64,000 nt of DNA. It comes from Rhodospirillaceae bacterium (GTDB taxonomy: Bacteria; Pseudomonadota; Alphaproteobacteria; Rhodospirillales; Rhodospirillaceae). Under the pieces are notes generated by a model. It made no database searches and was not told the origin of the DNA. It worked only from the letters and a program-made list of their open reading frames with translations. This document shows positions 1 to 9,503 of this stretch, piece by piece (the first letter of the stretch is position 1; each line of letters opens with the position of its first letter). Location of the stretch: assembly GCA_963921305.4 (NCBI GenBank), contig CAWUEX030000003.1:258495-322494 (forward strand), in the 5' to 3' direction. The position numbers were made by a program, and so were the translations under genes.

Positions 1-445
1 GGCAACCTCAGTGGTCTGTATCCAAACTGCGTATAACTATCAATAGATATCTCCCCCAGACCTCATGTCTGCCCGCGTCAACCCATTCTGAATACGAGCC
101 TTTTCGCAAGGTCGGCACACGCCCTCATGCGCTGAAATTGATCCTTCTTATTCGCGATAGCTCACTATATATTGCCCCTCCAGTTCCTCGCATAATGATC
201 TAGCGTCATCGCGCCTTAATTTTATGCAGCTAGCGACTGTTTTCCCCGGCCCCACGACAAGGTTGGCCCCGAACCCGATGGCGCGAGGCGAGGTTTGCGG
301 GAGCGGACTGACAAAGCACCCGTCGTCGGTTCGATATTCGGGCCAATGGCATTCGATCTAGATGTATGAACAACGAAGCGACAATTGATCAACATCGTGA
401 TGAGCTATATGAATTGCGTACGCTCAGAAGGGAAATTCTTGCAAA

Positions 446-1432
446 ATGAACCTTGCCGGCTCCAGAGATGACACCCTTGTCGTCTACTACGATTTTAAAC
501 GGGCACCCGTTACCTTCGACTTCATCCACTACATCATCGCCGCGCACTCCTATGCGGTGCTGAACAAGCTTGGCCGTTTTGACGTTGTTTTGATTGCCGA
601 CGCCTGGCGCAATGCCTCTGCTCGAGAACAAGGGTACTCCCTGGCTGAACGGCGGTGGCGTCTTTGGAATCTCATTATGGAGGTGCTGCGGGCCATTCCG
701 AACGTGCGAAACATTTCGGTTGTGTCTGAGCCTCTCTCAACAGTAGCCATTAATTCGTATCCGCCAAGCTTTCACCCGGAAATAAATAAGAAAATATTCT
801 ACGACGCTGCGCGGGTCATCAAATTCAATAGTATGGGCGTCAACGTTCAAGTGTTGCGTGCTTCGGATTATGCGACTTCGGTTGTCGAGCGATTTCTACC
901 TCGGACGTCTCAGAAAGTTGTAACGATCACCTTGCGCAAGGCGGCATTTGAGTCCGTCAGGGACTCCCGTTTGGAAGACTGGTACAAGTTTTACAAAGAG
1001 TTGGAGAAACGTGGCTACAAAGTCGTGGTCATTCCTGATCAGGATGACTCTTTAACCGAGAGGACAATTACAAAAGACTACGACTGGGATGTTTTCGTTC
1101 CGGCGTGTATGAGCGTCGATCTCCGCCTCGCGCTGTATGAACGCGCTGACATGAATTATGTCACCAACGGCGGAATTATTGGATTGTTCCTCTACGGCAC
1201 CTTTCCCTTTCTATGGTATTCGGTCACCGTCGAAGGTTCCCCAACGTCTACAGAAAAGTATTACCAGAAGATCGGACTTGAAGTCGGAGGCAAATACCCC
1301 TGGCTCAAAGACAACCAGGAAATGATATGGGAGCCCGACTCCTTCGAAAATCTTATGGAATCTCTCCCCCTTCTTGACAGCCTACCGGTGCCAGAGCCCA
1401 GCCCGGCTGTCGAGGAAATTGCCGCGCCTTAG
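446..1432 (+). CDS. hypothetical protein, no family recognised
   Basis: 328-aa ORF. The ATG is preceded by AAGGGA and an in-frame TGA lies at 410-412. First gene of a tight co-directional four-gene set. No motif I can assign. Confidence 0.5.
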   Translation: MNLAGSRDDTLVVYYDFKRAPVTFDFIHYIIAAHSYAVLNKLGRFDVVLIADAWRNASAREQGYSLAERRWRLWNLIMEVLRAIPNVRNISVVSEPLSTVAINSYPPSFHPEINKKIFYDAARVIKFNSMGVNVQVLRASDYATSVVERFLPRTSQKVVTITLRKAAFESVRDSRLEDWYKFYKELEKRGYKVVVIPDQDDSLTERTITKDYDWDVFVPACMSVDLRLALYERADMNYVTNGGIIGLFLYGTFPFLWYSVTVEGSPTSTEKYYQKIGLEVGGKYPWLKDNQEMIWEPDSFENLMESLPLLDSLPVPEPSPAVEEIAAP

Positions 1433-1457
1433 GCGCGCGGGAAAGCGAAACAACTCT

Positions 1458-2192
1458 ATGGCTGATATTCTGCTTTGCGGAGGAACAACGCGCAGTGGCC
1501 TCGATTGCGCCGTCGAACTCGCGAACAGCGAAAGCCGGTGCGTTGTTGCCGGCAGAAGTGCACCTCCCGACAGCGTTTTATCCGATGAAACACGGCCAAT
1601 TCTTTACGAACATGTTGATTTCGCGGATCCGAATTCTGTCGACGCACTGTGCACAGCTCTTAACTCGAAGAGTTATGACATCAAGGACTGCATCTTCTTT
1701 CAGAGGGCGCGCAGCGAAGACGTGATCGAGGGAATGCAGGTCGCGATTGCTGCGTCAGACCGCATTATTTCTGCTCTGCACGAGCAACTTTCTAGAAACG
1801 CGGGGTCGATAATTTTTATCGGATCTGTCCTCGTCGATAAGGTTGGCGTTGATCAGACACTCTCATATCACGTGACCAAAGGCGCAGTTCGTCAGGCTGT
1901 GCGGTATTTTGCGGTGAAACTGGGCCCCGATGGCATACGTGTTAACGCCATTAATCTCGCGACTCTGAAACATTCGGTAAATGAGAAGGGGTATGAAGCG
2001 GGAACCCCACTTGCTGATATCGCAGATAAGGTCACCCCTTTGCGCCGGTCGGTGGAGTCAGGCGACGTTGCCGATGCCATAACTTTTTTGCGGAGTCCTC
2101 AAGCCAGAGCAATCACCGGACATGAGCTTACCTTGGATGCTGGACTTGGATGCGTTTCACAGGTTTCGAGCATTCTTCAGGCACTGGATTAG
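1458..2192 (+). CDS. short-chain dehydrogenase/reductase (SDR) family oxidoreductase
   Basis: Start moved to the ATG at 1458 (MADILLCGGTTRSGLD, Gly-rich dinucleotide loop). Catalytic YxxxK is present (SYHVTKGAV). SDR-type C-terminus ITGHELTLDAGLG. Confidence 0.8.
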   Translation: MADILLCGGTTRSGLDCAVELANSESRCVVAGRSAPPDSVLSDETRPILYEHVDFADPNSVDALCTALNSKSYDIKDCIFFQRARSEDVIEGMQVAIAASDRIISALHEQLSRNAGSIIFIGSVLVDKVGVDQTLSYHVTKGAVRQAVRYFAVKLGPDGIRVNAINLATLKHSVNEKGYEAGTPLADIADKVTPLRRSVESGDVADAITFLRSPQARAITGHELTLDAGLGCVSQVSSILQALD

Positions 2193-2201
2193 GCCGCAGT
2201 T

Positions 2202-3035
2202 GTGTTTTTATCTGCCGACCATTCGCATCGCAGGTCCTTTGGCGCGATTCAGGAAGAGATCAAATCGCAACTCTGCCGCATTCTGAACTGTTCTTGGGAC
2301 GATGCGGTTGAGGCTATGACCGCCGGCAAGAATGTCGACCTCCGTGAAGACCTCGACTTCATGGTTAAGATAGAGACGCATCTTTGCGATCTCATCCGCG
2401 CCACAGATGGCCTAGGCTCGATTGGGAGCCTGCAATTTCCAGTAAACGCCCGTATCGTTCAATCTGAAATACCTGAGGGATACTTAGAACGGCCCTTTGC
2501 AACCGACTATGTCCACTGTGACGTCTGGTCTGGCGCTCCAGCCGACAGCACGAATCTTTTCTTGTACGTTTTCACTCTCGGTGATTGTTCATCTTTAGAG
2601 ATTTTCGAATCTCTGGAGCATGACTCATACGCGAGAGATTTCAGAGGACGATACGAGGATTACAATGGAGACCTCTCAGGGCTAACGCGAGTTGATGCCC
2701 CTCTGTCTGAAGGATACTTCTTTGCGTGGGACACCTTTTCACCCCACCAGACCTTGAGAGGCCGCAGCGGCCTTAGAATCAGCCTGGACATTCGGTGTCG
2801 GCCGGGAACACCTTATCTGATAGACGGCAAGCGGGCTGAACTCGAAAGTTTTGCTGGTTACACTCCGGGAGTACCTGGCGCAGGTATATACTGGTCGTTC
2901 GCCCAAACCTCCTTGTCCTCGTTTGAGGAGAAATGCGAGTACGAGCTCTCGTGCGCTGCAGAAGTCGGGCCGTGGGCCGTCGCGCTGCGCGAGGCCTACA
3001 TCAAACGAGTTAAACAAACGGGCGTCTTCGCCTAA
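2202..3035 (+). CDS. hypothetical protein, possible Fe(II)/2-oxoglutarate oxygenase-like fold
   Basis: 277-aa ORF with a GTG start. It contains YVHCDVW (HxD), then FSPHQT (distal His) and RISLD (RxS) about 10 residues later. That spacing is typical of the 2OG-oxygenase facial triad. Motif-level evidence only. Confidence 0.4.
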   Translation: MFLSADHSHRRSFGAIQEEIKSQLCRILNCSWDDAVEAMTAGKNVDLREDLDFMVKIETHLCDLIRATDGLGSIGSLQFPVNARIVQSEIPEGYLERPFATDYVHCDVWSGAPADSTNLFLYVFTLGDCSSLEIFESLEHDSYARDFRGRYEDYNGDLSGLTRVDAPLSEGYFFAWDTFSPHQTLRGRSGLRISLDIRCRPGTPYLIDGKRAELESFAGYTPGVPGAGIYWSFAQTSLSSFEEKCEYELSCAAEVGPWAVALREAYIKRVKQTGVFA

Positions 3036-3093
3036 ATATGGCACGATACTCAGCCAGTGGTTGAATGATCTTGATATAGAGGTTTAAGGATTC

Positions 3094-4296
3094 ATGACGG
3101 CAAGTTGTTCAGTTTGCGGCACACCAAGCGGCGACCCAGAGTTTTCCTACGGACCGATTCCGTTGTGCGACAGTTACTCCGATTCGGCGGCAACCGCGGC
3201 TAGTGCGCCCAAGTTCGACATATCCGTGGTGCGTTGCACGAAATGCAACCACAGTGAACTCCTGGAAAAGCCGCCTGAAGAAATCATTTATTCGGACTAC
3301 ACCTATTTCTCTCGGATGTCGCCGGATCTTGACCAACACTTCACGTCTTATGCGAAGTGGATGGCCGATACGCTGGACTTACCGGAGAACCCTCGTCATA
3401 TTGATGTCGGCTGCAACGATGGTCTGCTCCTGTGCAAATCCAGAGATCTTGGAATGGAGCCCTTCGGCATAGACCCCTCACCAGCCGTTCACGAGGCCGC
3501 TAAGCTTGGGTTGAATGTCGTTGAAGGCTATTTGAACCCGTCATTGGTTAGACAGCATAACCTAACCGAATCAGCAGACGTCATCACCTGCAACAACATG
3601 ATGGCCAACGTCCGCAACCTAACGGAATTCGGAGAATGCCTTGACGCGATGCTCAAACCAGGAGGTTATCTGGTCGTTCAGACCCTGCACTACGGCATGC
3701 TGCTGCAGAACCGTGTGTACGAAATGATAAACCACGAGCACTACCATTACTTCTCCGTGAGCTCGTTGAACGAGTTTGCCCGACGATTGGGCTTGGACTT
3801 TGTGTCAGTTCTGCATGTCCCCACCAAGGGAGCGAGTATGCGCTGGGTGGCGCGAAAGCCCGTCGACGGTGAACACACGACAACCCAGACAAGTATCGAT
3901 CCTCTGCTTCAGAAACCCGAGAACAAAGACGTGAGTGGGGAGTTCATGGGTGACCTAGAAGCAGCGAAGTCTCGCATTAAAGATTTGATCAGTTCGCTCG
4001 ATGAGAATACTTCGGTCGCCGGTTTCGGGTCGTCGGCGGGAACGACGATCCTAACCAAGCTGTTGGACCTGGAAGGCAAGATAGATTTTCTAGTGGATGA
4101 CAATGACAGCCGGCACGGCTTCTACTCACCGGGAACCGCCGTAGAGGTTGTCAGTCCCGAAACCTATTATGAAAAAGCGCCAGCGCTCACAATCAACTTT
4201 GCATGGCGCTTCGCGGAAATGATCGCGGAAAAACACGGCGGGAAACTTCCCGCCAACCACCGTTTCGTCATGGCTAATTCCGGTGAAGTTCTCTAG
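3094..4296 (+). CDS. zinc-ribbon SAM-dependent C-methyltransferase (TylCIII/NovU-like NDP-hexose C-methyltransferase family)
   Basis: N-terminal CSVCG...CTKCNH zinc ribbon. SAM motif I is HIDVGCNDGLL. The C-terminal block GFGSSAGTT..FLVDDN..INFAWRF resembles the C-methyltransferase C-terminal domain. Confidence 0.75.
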   Translation: MTASCSVCGTPSGDPEFSYGPIPLCDSYSDSAATAASAPKFDISVVRCTKCNHSELLEKPPEEIIYSDYTYFSRMSPDLDQHFTSYAKWMADTLDLPENPRHIDVGCNDGLLLCKSRDLGMEPFGIDPSPAVHEAAKLGLNVVEGYLNPSLVRQHNLTESADVITCNNMMANVRNLTEFGECLDAMLKPGGYLVVQTLHYGMLLQNRVYEMINHEHYHYFSVSSLNEFARRLGLDFVSVLHVPTKGASMRWVARKPVDGEHTTTQTSIDPLLQKPENKDVSGEFMGDLEAAKSRIKDLISSLDENTSVAGFGSSAGTTILTKLLDLEGKIDFLVDDNDSRHGFYSPGTAVEVVSPETYYEKAPALTINFAWRFAEMIAEKHGGKLPANHRFVMANSGEVL

Positions 4297-4314
4297 TTAA
4301 ACTTACGTCTATCG

Positions 4315-5379
4315 TCAGAGAAGTCTAAGCTGCGCGGGCTCGTTCTGAAACTTGATGGGGTTACCAACATGGGGCTGCCCTTTCTCGTCCCTCAGAATCA
4401 TGCCGCGCGCGACGGCGTGCTCATGGTCAAACGCCTCGACCATGTCAAGAACCGGCGCCCAGCTGACATTGAGCTCTGCCAAGATTTTTTTCCATTCATC
4501 TTGGTCACGTTGTTTGAACGCGTCCCTGAGAAATTCTTTTACCGGTTCCTGAGCAAGGCAATCATCTCCGGCGCACAGGGAAATAAGATCTGGGCGCTCA
4601 AGGTGCGTCAGAAGTGACTCAGCAAATTTTAGCTCTCGGCCAGTTAGGGCAATATAGCGCCCGTCTTTCGTCTCATATACGTTGTAAAATGCCGCCCCTC
4701 CGATTGAGCGGCCTGCAGGTGTCGTGGGTGCTTCCCGATCTACCAGGACCGGCCCACTGAGATGGGCTGTCCATGACAGCAGAGTATCGTACATGGACGC
4801 GTCTACGTAGTCGCCCTGCCCCGTTTGCTGGCGCCGATAGAGCGCCATCAAGATACCCGCCAGACCCACCAAGGATGACCCCATGTCTGCGCCAGGTAGT
4901 CCCGGCACAGCCGGATGACCATCGCCTCGGTCGTTGATTGCCAGTAAGCCCGTGTAGGCCTGGGCGCCCATATCATGAGATGGCTTTGAGGATAGTGGTC
5001 CGTACTGTCCATATGCAGAAAGCGAACAATAGACGATCTTTGGGTTACGTGACCGGACCGCCTCGTAATCAACGCCAAGGCGCTTCACAACACCAGGACG
5101 AAAGGCTTCGACAAAGACATCAGCGGACTCACAGAGCTCTAGCAGTTTCTCACGGTCTGAATCGTCTTTGAGGTTCAGCTCCATACACGTCTTGCCGCGG
5201 TGCGTGTTGCGGAACCAGACCGACTGGCCGTCCTGAAAGGGGCCATATTTGCGGGCCGGTTCGCCGCCGGGAGGCTCGACCCTGAGAACGTCAGCGCCAT
5301 GGTCCGCCATCATTAAGGTGAGATGCGGTCCCGGAAGATACATGGACAGATCGATAACACGCACACCTTCAAGCTTCAT
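4315..5379 (-). CDS. family III CoA-transferase (CaiB/BaiF family)
   Basis: N-terminus LEGVRVIDLSMYLPGPHLTLMMADHGADVLRVEPPGG is the family III signature. Confidence 0.85.
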   Translation of the reverse strand: MKLEGVRVIDLSMYLPGPHLTLMMADHGADVLRVEPPGGEPARKYGPFQDGQSVWFRNTHRGKTCMELNLKDDSDREKLLELCESADVFVEAFRPGVVKRLGVDYEAVRSRNPKIVYCSLSAYGQYGPLSSKPSHDMGAQAYTGLLAINDRGDGHPAVPGLPGADMGSSLVGLAGILMALYRRQQTGQGDYVDASMYDTLLSWTAHLSGPVLVDREAPTTPAGRSIGGAAFYNVYETKDGRYIALTGRELKFAESLLTHLERPDLISLCAGDDCLAQEPVKEFLRDAFKQRDQDEWKKILAELNVSWAPVLDMVEAFDHEHAVARGMILRDEKGQPHVGNPIKFQNEPAQLRLL

Positions 5380-5412
5380 GCTGGCTCCCGCTTGCGTCTT
5401 CTAACAATGCGC

Positions 5413-6603
5413 CTAAACGACCTTTTTAGACCTAAGCGCTTCGATGTCGGCATCGCTGCGCCCTAAACCTTTGAGGATGTCCGCCGTATCCGCACCGAGT
5501 TTCGGCCCAGGCTGCAGCGGCAAACGTTTACCGTCTAATTTGAGGGGATTGTTTAGAACCCGCAGACCAGACCGGTCTGGGTGGTCGACTTCCGTGATCG
5601 AACCGATCTCAGCGATAAAAGGATTATCGAGGGCTTTGTCCAAATCATAAACCGGCGCGACCGGGATAATCCCCTTGAAAAAGTCCACCCAAGCTTCCGT
5701 CGTTTTGCCGGAAAACACTTGGTCGAGCACCTCGGTTAATGCGTCACGGTTTTTGAGACGCGCATCTAGATCAACAAAACGAGGGTCGGCGCCAATTTCG
5801 TTCTGCCCTAGCTTATCGATCATCAAGTCCCAAAATCTTGGATTCTGGCACATGATGAACAACCAACCGTCTTTCGTCTTGACCAGCTGGCTCGGTGTAA
5901 TCGAGGGATGGGCCCCTCGGGCGATACGGCCCGTCACAAAACCCTCATTCAGGTACCAGATGCCTGGATAGGTCAGTTGATGCAGCGCTGCTTCCATCAG
6001 GCTGACGTCAACATCGCGCCCTTTTCCTGTGGCCTTAGCCCCCATGACCGCTGACGTGACGCCAAAGGCCATCATCATGCCGGTCATGAAATCGACCATC
6101 GACAGGCCGAACCGGGCCGGCGGCCCATCCGGCTCACCGGTCACGGAGAGGAACCCAGCTTCCGCCTGCATCAGATAATCGTAGCCGGGCCAGGCCGCGC
6201 GCGAGTTATCCCGGCCGTAGGCGGAAATGTGTCCGCATACGATCTGAGGGTTGATCGCTTCCAGACCGGCATAGTCGATCCCAAGCTTGGCCGGCTGATT
6301 GCCACGTAAATTGTTTACGATGGCATCCGATGTTTTGACGAGGTCGTGAAGAATCGACTTTCCTTCGTCGGACTTGAGATCCAGCGTCAGGCTCCGTTTG
6401 TTCAGGTTAAAAGCCTGAAAATACTGGCTGTCTTGCTCACCCAGGAAATAGGGCCCTGTGGAGCGCGCAAAATCTCCACCCGTGGACGGATTTTCGATTT
6501 TGATAACATCGGCCCCCATGTCAGCCATGAACATGGAGCAATACGGTCCGGCTCCATACTGCTCGATCGTCAGCACACGGACGCCGGCCAGGGGGAGGTC
6601 CAT
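5413..6603 (-). CDS. family III CoA-transferase (CaiB/BaiF family)
   Basis: N-terminus LAGVRVLTIEQYGAGPYCSMFMADMGADVIKIENPSTGGD. The start codon shares 1 nt with the upstream ACAD stop (TGATG at 6601-6605). Confidence 0.85.
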   Translation of the reverse strand: MDLPLAGVRVLTIEQYGAGPYCSMFMADMGADVIKIENPSTGGDFARSTGPYFLGEQDSQYFQAFNLNKRSLTLDLKSDEGKSILHDLVKTSDAIVNNLRGNQPAKLGIDYAGLEAINPQIVCGHISAYGRDNSRAAWPGYDYLMQAEAGFLSVTGEPDGPPARFGLSMVDFMTGMMMAFGVTSAVMGAKATGKGRDVDVSLMEAALHQLTYPGIWYLNEGFVTGRIARGAHPSITPSQLVKTKDGWLFIMCQNPRFWDLMIDKLGQNEIGADPRFVDLDARLKNRDALTEVLDQVFSGKTTEAWVDFFKGIIPVAPVYDLDKALDNPFIAEIGSITEVDHPDRSGLRVLNNPLKLDGKRLPLQPGPKLGADTADILKGLGRSDADIEALRSKKVV

Positions 6604-7769
6604 CAGATTTTGTTCCGGTCTATCAGCTGCCGCGCGATGATAATACGCTGCATTTCGTTGGTCCCCTCCCCGATGGCCATTAGGGGTGCATCGCGATACA
6701 GGCGTTCAATGACAAACTCTTTCGAATAGCCGTAGCCGCCGTGGATACGCATGGCTTCTAAAGAGTTCTCGATGGCAGACTCAGAGGCATGGTACTTGGC
6801 CATCCCGGCCTCGAGATCGCACCGCCGTCCCTCGTCATAGGCGTGTGCGGCCTGCTCGACGAGTAACCGGGATGCTTCATATCGCGTGGCCATGTCGGCC
6901 AGCTTGAGTTGGATGGCTTGATGCTGGCAGATGGGTTTGCCGAAGGTCTGCCTTTCTTGACTATATTTCACGGCCTCATCCAATGCGCGCTTCGCAATAC
7001 CGACGGACCGTGCGGCGACGTTGATGCGACCGAGCTCCAAGCCGCCGACTGCCTGATAGAAGCCCTGCCCTTCTTGTCCGCCAATCAAGTTATCGGCAGG
7101 CACGCGAAAGTCTTTGAAAACCATCTCGCCAGAATCGATTCCCTTGTATCCGATCTTCTCTAGCCGCCGAGAGATCTCGAACCCGTCTCCCTTTTCGACG
7201 ATGAACATACTCATGCCTTTACGCGGCGGATCGGCAGCGGGATCAGTTTTGGTCAGCAGCGCGAAACAGGTCCCCTCAATGGAGTTGGTAATCCAGGTTT
7301 TAGTCCCATTGATAATGTAGTCGTCGCCATCGCGATCCGCCCGAGTCCGAATCCCCTGTAGGTCCGTCCCGGCGTCAGGCTCCGTCAATCCGGTGCCGCC
7401 GCGCAGTTCGCCAGACGCAAAACGAGGCAGGAAACGCTGTTTCTGCTCGTCAGTGCCAAACTTCTGCACGGCAGTCGCCATCATGAGATGAGAGTTGAAG
7501 ATGCCGGTGAGCGACATCCAGACCTCGGAAATCATGGTCACGACTTTGGCGTAGGTCGATGCGGATAAGCCGAGCCCGCCCCATTCCGGATCGAGGGTCG
7601 CGCCAAACAAGCCCATTTCTTTCATTTGCTCGACCATTTCGGCCGGATAGGTGTCGGTATGCTCAAGCTCCATGGCGTGGGGCGCAACATCGCGGTCCAG
7701 CCACTTGCGAATGCTATCGAGGATGACCGCTTCTTCTTCTGAGTCGTACATCGCGTCTTTGGGTGCCAT
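6603..7769 (-). CDS. acyl-CoA dehydrogenase family protein
   Basis: ACAD C-terminus ERLYRDAPLMAIGEGTNEMQRIIIARQL. Start set to the ATG at 7769 (MAPKDAMYD), which is preceded by GGGAG. The longer ORF to 7853 has no RBS. Confidence 0.9.
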   Translation of the reverse strand: MAPKDAMYDSEEEAVILDSIRKWLDRDVAPHAMELEHTDTYPAEMVEQMKEMGLFGATLDPEWGGLGLSASTYAKVVTMISEVWMSLTGIFNSHLMMATAVQKFGTDEQKQRFLPRFASGELRGGTGLTEPDAGTDLQGIRTRADRDGDDYIINGTKTWITNSIEGTCFALLTKTDPAADPPRKGMSMFIVEKGDGFEISRRLEKIGYKGIDSGEMVFKDFRVPADNLIGGQEGQGFYQAVGGLELGRINVAARSVGIAKRALDEAVKYSQERQTFGKPICQHQAIQLKLADMATRYEASRLLVEQAAHAYDEGRRCDLEAGMAKYHASESAIENSLEAMRIHGGYGYSKEFVIERLYRDAPLMAIGEGTNEMQRIIIARQLIDRNKI

Positions 7770-7868
7770 CGTAAAACTCCCGCCCCTGACCGGGCGTGGT
7801 CCACTCTGTTCAAGAGGTCTGCGGCCCAGACTTCCGCCATTTGGACAATCCAAACGGGGCGGGATATG

Positions 7869-7940
7869 CAGACAAATTAACGTTTTGTATGTTGGCGCAC
7901 CTTATCTAATATAACTTGTACAGACAAATAGATTTTGTCC
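7869..7940. promoter_or_regulatory. two copies of CAGACAAAT-N-TTTTGT in the divergent ACAD/GntR intergenic region (candidate HutC-type operators)
   Basis: The copies are cagacaaattaacgttttgt at 7869-7888 and cagacaaatagattttgt at 7921-7938. Each contains an ACAAA/TTTGT inverted repeat. The second follows TTGTACAGACAA, which resembles the GTnTAnAC cores of HutC-family sites. Confidence 0.35.
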
Positions 7941-8006
7941 GGACATTTCACGAAACGACTTGCCGGCATTCGAGGAGCCGTTGCGAAACGGGGAGAGACC
8001 CAATCT

Positions 8007-8771
8007 ATGCAAGATACGAACCCAGCTAGGCCGCGCAAGGGCAGCGGTCATCCGCGGTATCGGGAACTTTCCGACGTGCTGCAGAAGGAAATCGAGACAG
8101 AGAAATTTCCAGTTGGGTCCCGTATGCCGACTGAACTTGAGCTATGTGAGCGCTTCGATGTCAGCCGGTTCACCGTGCGCGAGGCTCTGCGCAGACTCAT
8201 CGACCTGGGCATGGTGTTGCGGCGTCAGGGATCAGGCACCGTTGTCATTTCACGAAACCCCGCTACCAAATTCGTACAACGGCTCAACTCTATTGAGGAA
8301 CTCCTTCAATATTCGAAGGACACGCGACTTAAAGTGCACGGTTCGAACGATGTGCGCGTCTCATCCCAAGAAGCGGCGATGATTGGCTGCGAACCCGAGG
8401 ACAACTGGCACAAGATTGAAGGTATTCGCTTCCTCGACGACAAATCGCCGATCTGTTGGACAGACGTTTTTGTCCAACCGGCATATAAGGAATTGGCGGA
8501 CCAGATAGGAAAAGACGAAACACCAGTGTTCATGGCGTTCGAAAAAAAGTTCGGCGTCATCGCCGAATCTGTGTCGATGGATCTTTTCGCCGGATCTATA
8601 GAGCAGTCAAAGGCATGGGCCCTCGGTGTCGAACCGAATAGCCCATCTTTGATCATCGTAAGGCGCTATAAAGATCAAAATGGAAAGACGTTTGAGGTTT
8701 CCGTCAGCGAGCATCCCGCCGGACGCTTTACTTTTTCAATCGACTTAGCGCGCAGCGCAGACTCAGATTAA
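8007..8771 (+). CDS. GntR family transcriptional regulator (HutC/UTRA subfamily)
   Basis: Winged-helix segment ELELCERFDVSRFTVREALRRL plus a UTRA-like C-terminal half. ATG at 8007 preceded by GGGGAGAG. Confidence 0.85.
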   Translation: MQDTNPARPRKGSGHPRYRELSDVLQKEIETEKFPVGSRMPTELELCERFDVSRFTVREALRRLIDLGMVLRRQGSGTVVISRNPATKFVQRLNSIEELLQYSKDTRLKVHGSNDVRVSSQEAAMIGCEPEDNWHKIEGIRFLDDKSPICWTDVFVQPAYKELADQIGKDETPVFMAFEKKFGVIAESVSMDLFAGSIEQSKAWALGVEPNSPSLIIVRRYKDQNGKTFEVSVSEHPAGRFTFSIDLARSADSD

Positions 8772-8776
8772 AGAAG

Positions 8777-9427
8777 TCACTCTGCGGCAATTGCGGGACA
8801 GCTCACGTTCGTTCCACCAAGACCACAATATCCCGTGGGATTTTTAGCCAAGTACTGCTGATGATAGTCCTCAGCATAGTAGAACGGCGGCATATCCAGA
8901 ATTTCAGTGGTCACCGGTCCGTATCCAGCTTTCTCCAATGCTACACCGTAAGCGTCGAGCGAGGCCTCCGCCGCTGAGCGCTGATCCGGTGTGGAGACGT
9001 AAATGCCTGATCTATATTGGGTACCGACATCGTTGCCCTGACGCATGCCTTGTGTCGGGTTGTGAGCCTCCCAGAACACCTTCAACAAACTGGCAAAGGA
9101 TACTTTCTTAGGGTCATAAACGACCAGCACAACCTCATTGTGTCCGGTGAGGCCTGAGCATACTTCTTCATAGGTGGGATTGGGTGTGTGACCAGCAGCG
9201 TAGCCAACAGCGGTGGTGTATACGCCATCGAGTTCCCAAAACTTGCGTTCGGCGCCCCAAAAACAGCCAAGTCCAAACAACGCAGTTTCGAAGTTGTCCG
9301 GAAATGGGCCTTTTAGGGGCCGGTCGAGGACATAGTGGCGGTCTGAGACCTGTATCTCTGTCTGGCGGCCTGGGAGCGCCTCCTCAGCAGCGGGGATTTC
9401 CAACTTCTTACGAGATACAAAAAACAC
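8777..9427 (-). CDS. msrA: peptide-methionine (S)-S-oxide reductase
   Basis: [13 protein letters not shown] active-site motif. Full-length MsrA-like sequence. Confidence 0.9.
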   Translation of the reverse strand: MFFVSRKKLEIPAAEEALPGRQTEIQVSDRHYVLDRPLKGPFPDNFETALFGLGCFWGAERKFWELDGVYTTAVGYAAGHTPNPTYEEVCSGLTGHNEVVLVVYDPKKVSFASLLKVFWEAHNPTQGMRQGNDVGTQYRSGIYVSTPDQRSAAEASLDAYGVALEKAGYGPVTTEILDMPPFYYAEDYHQQYLAKNPTGYCGLGGTNVSCPAIAAE

Positions 9428-9503
9428 GTCCGGCCTCCTGGTCTGTCATCTTGTACAGGGACATATGGGATCGCCCACCCCAGACATCAATCTAATATCA
9501 GAT

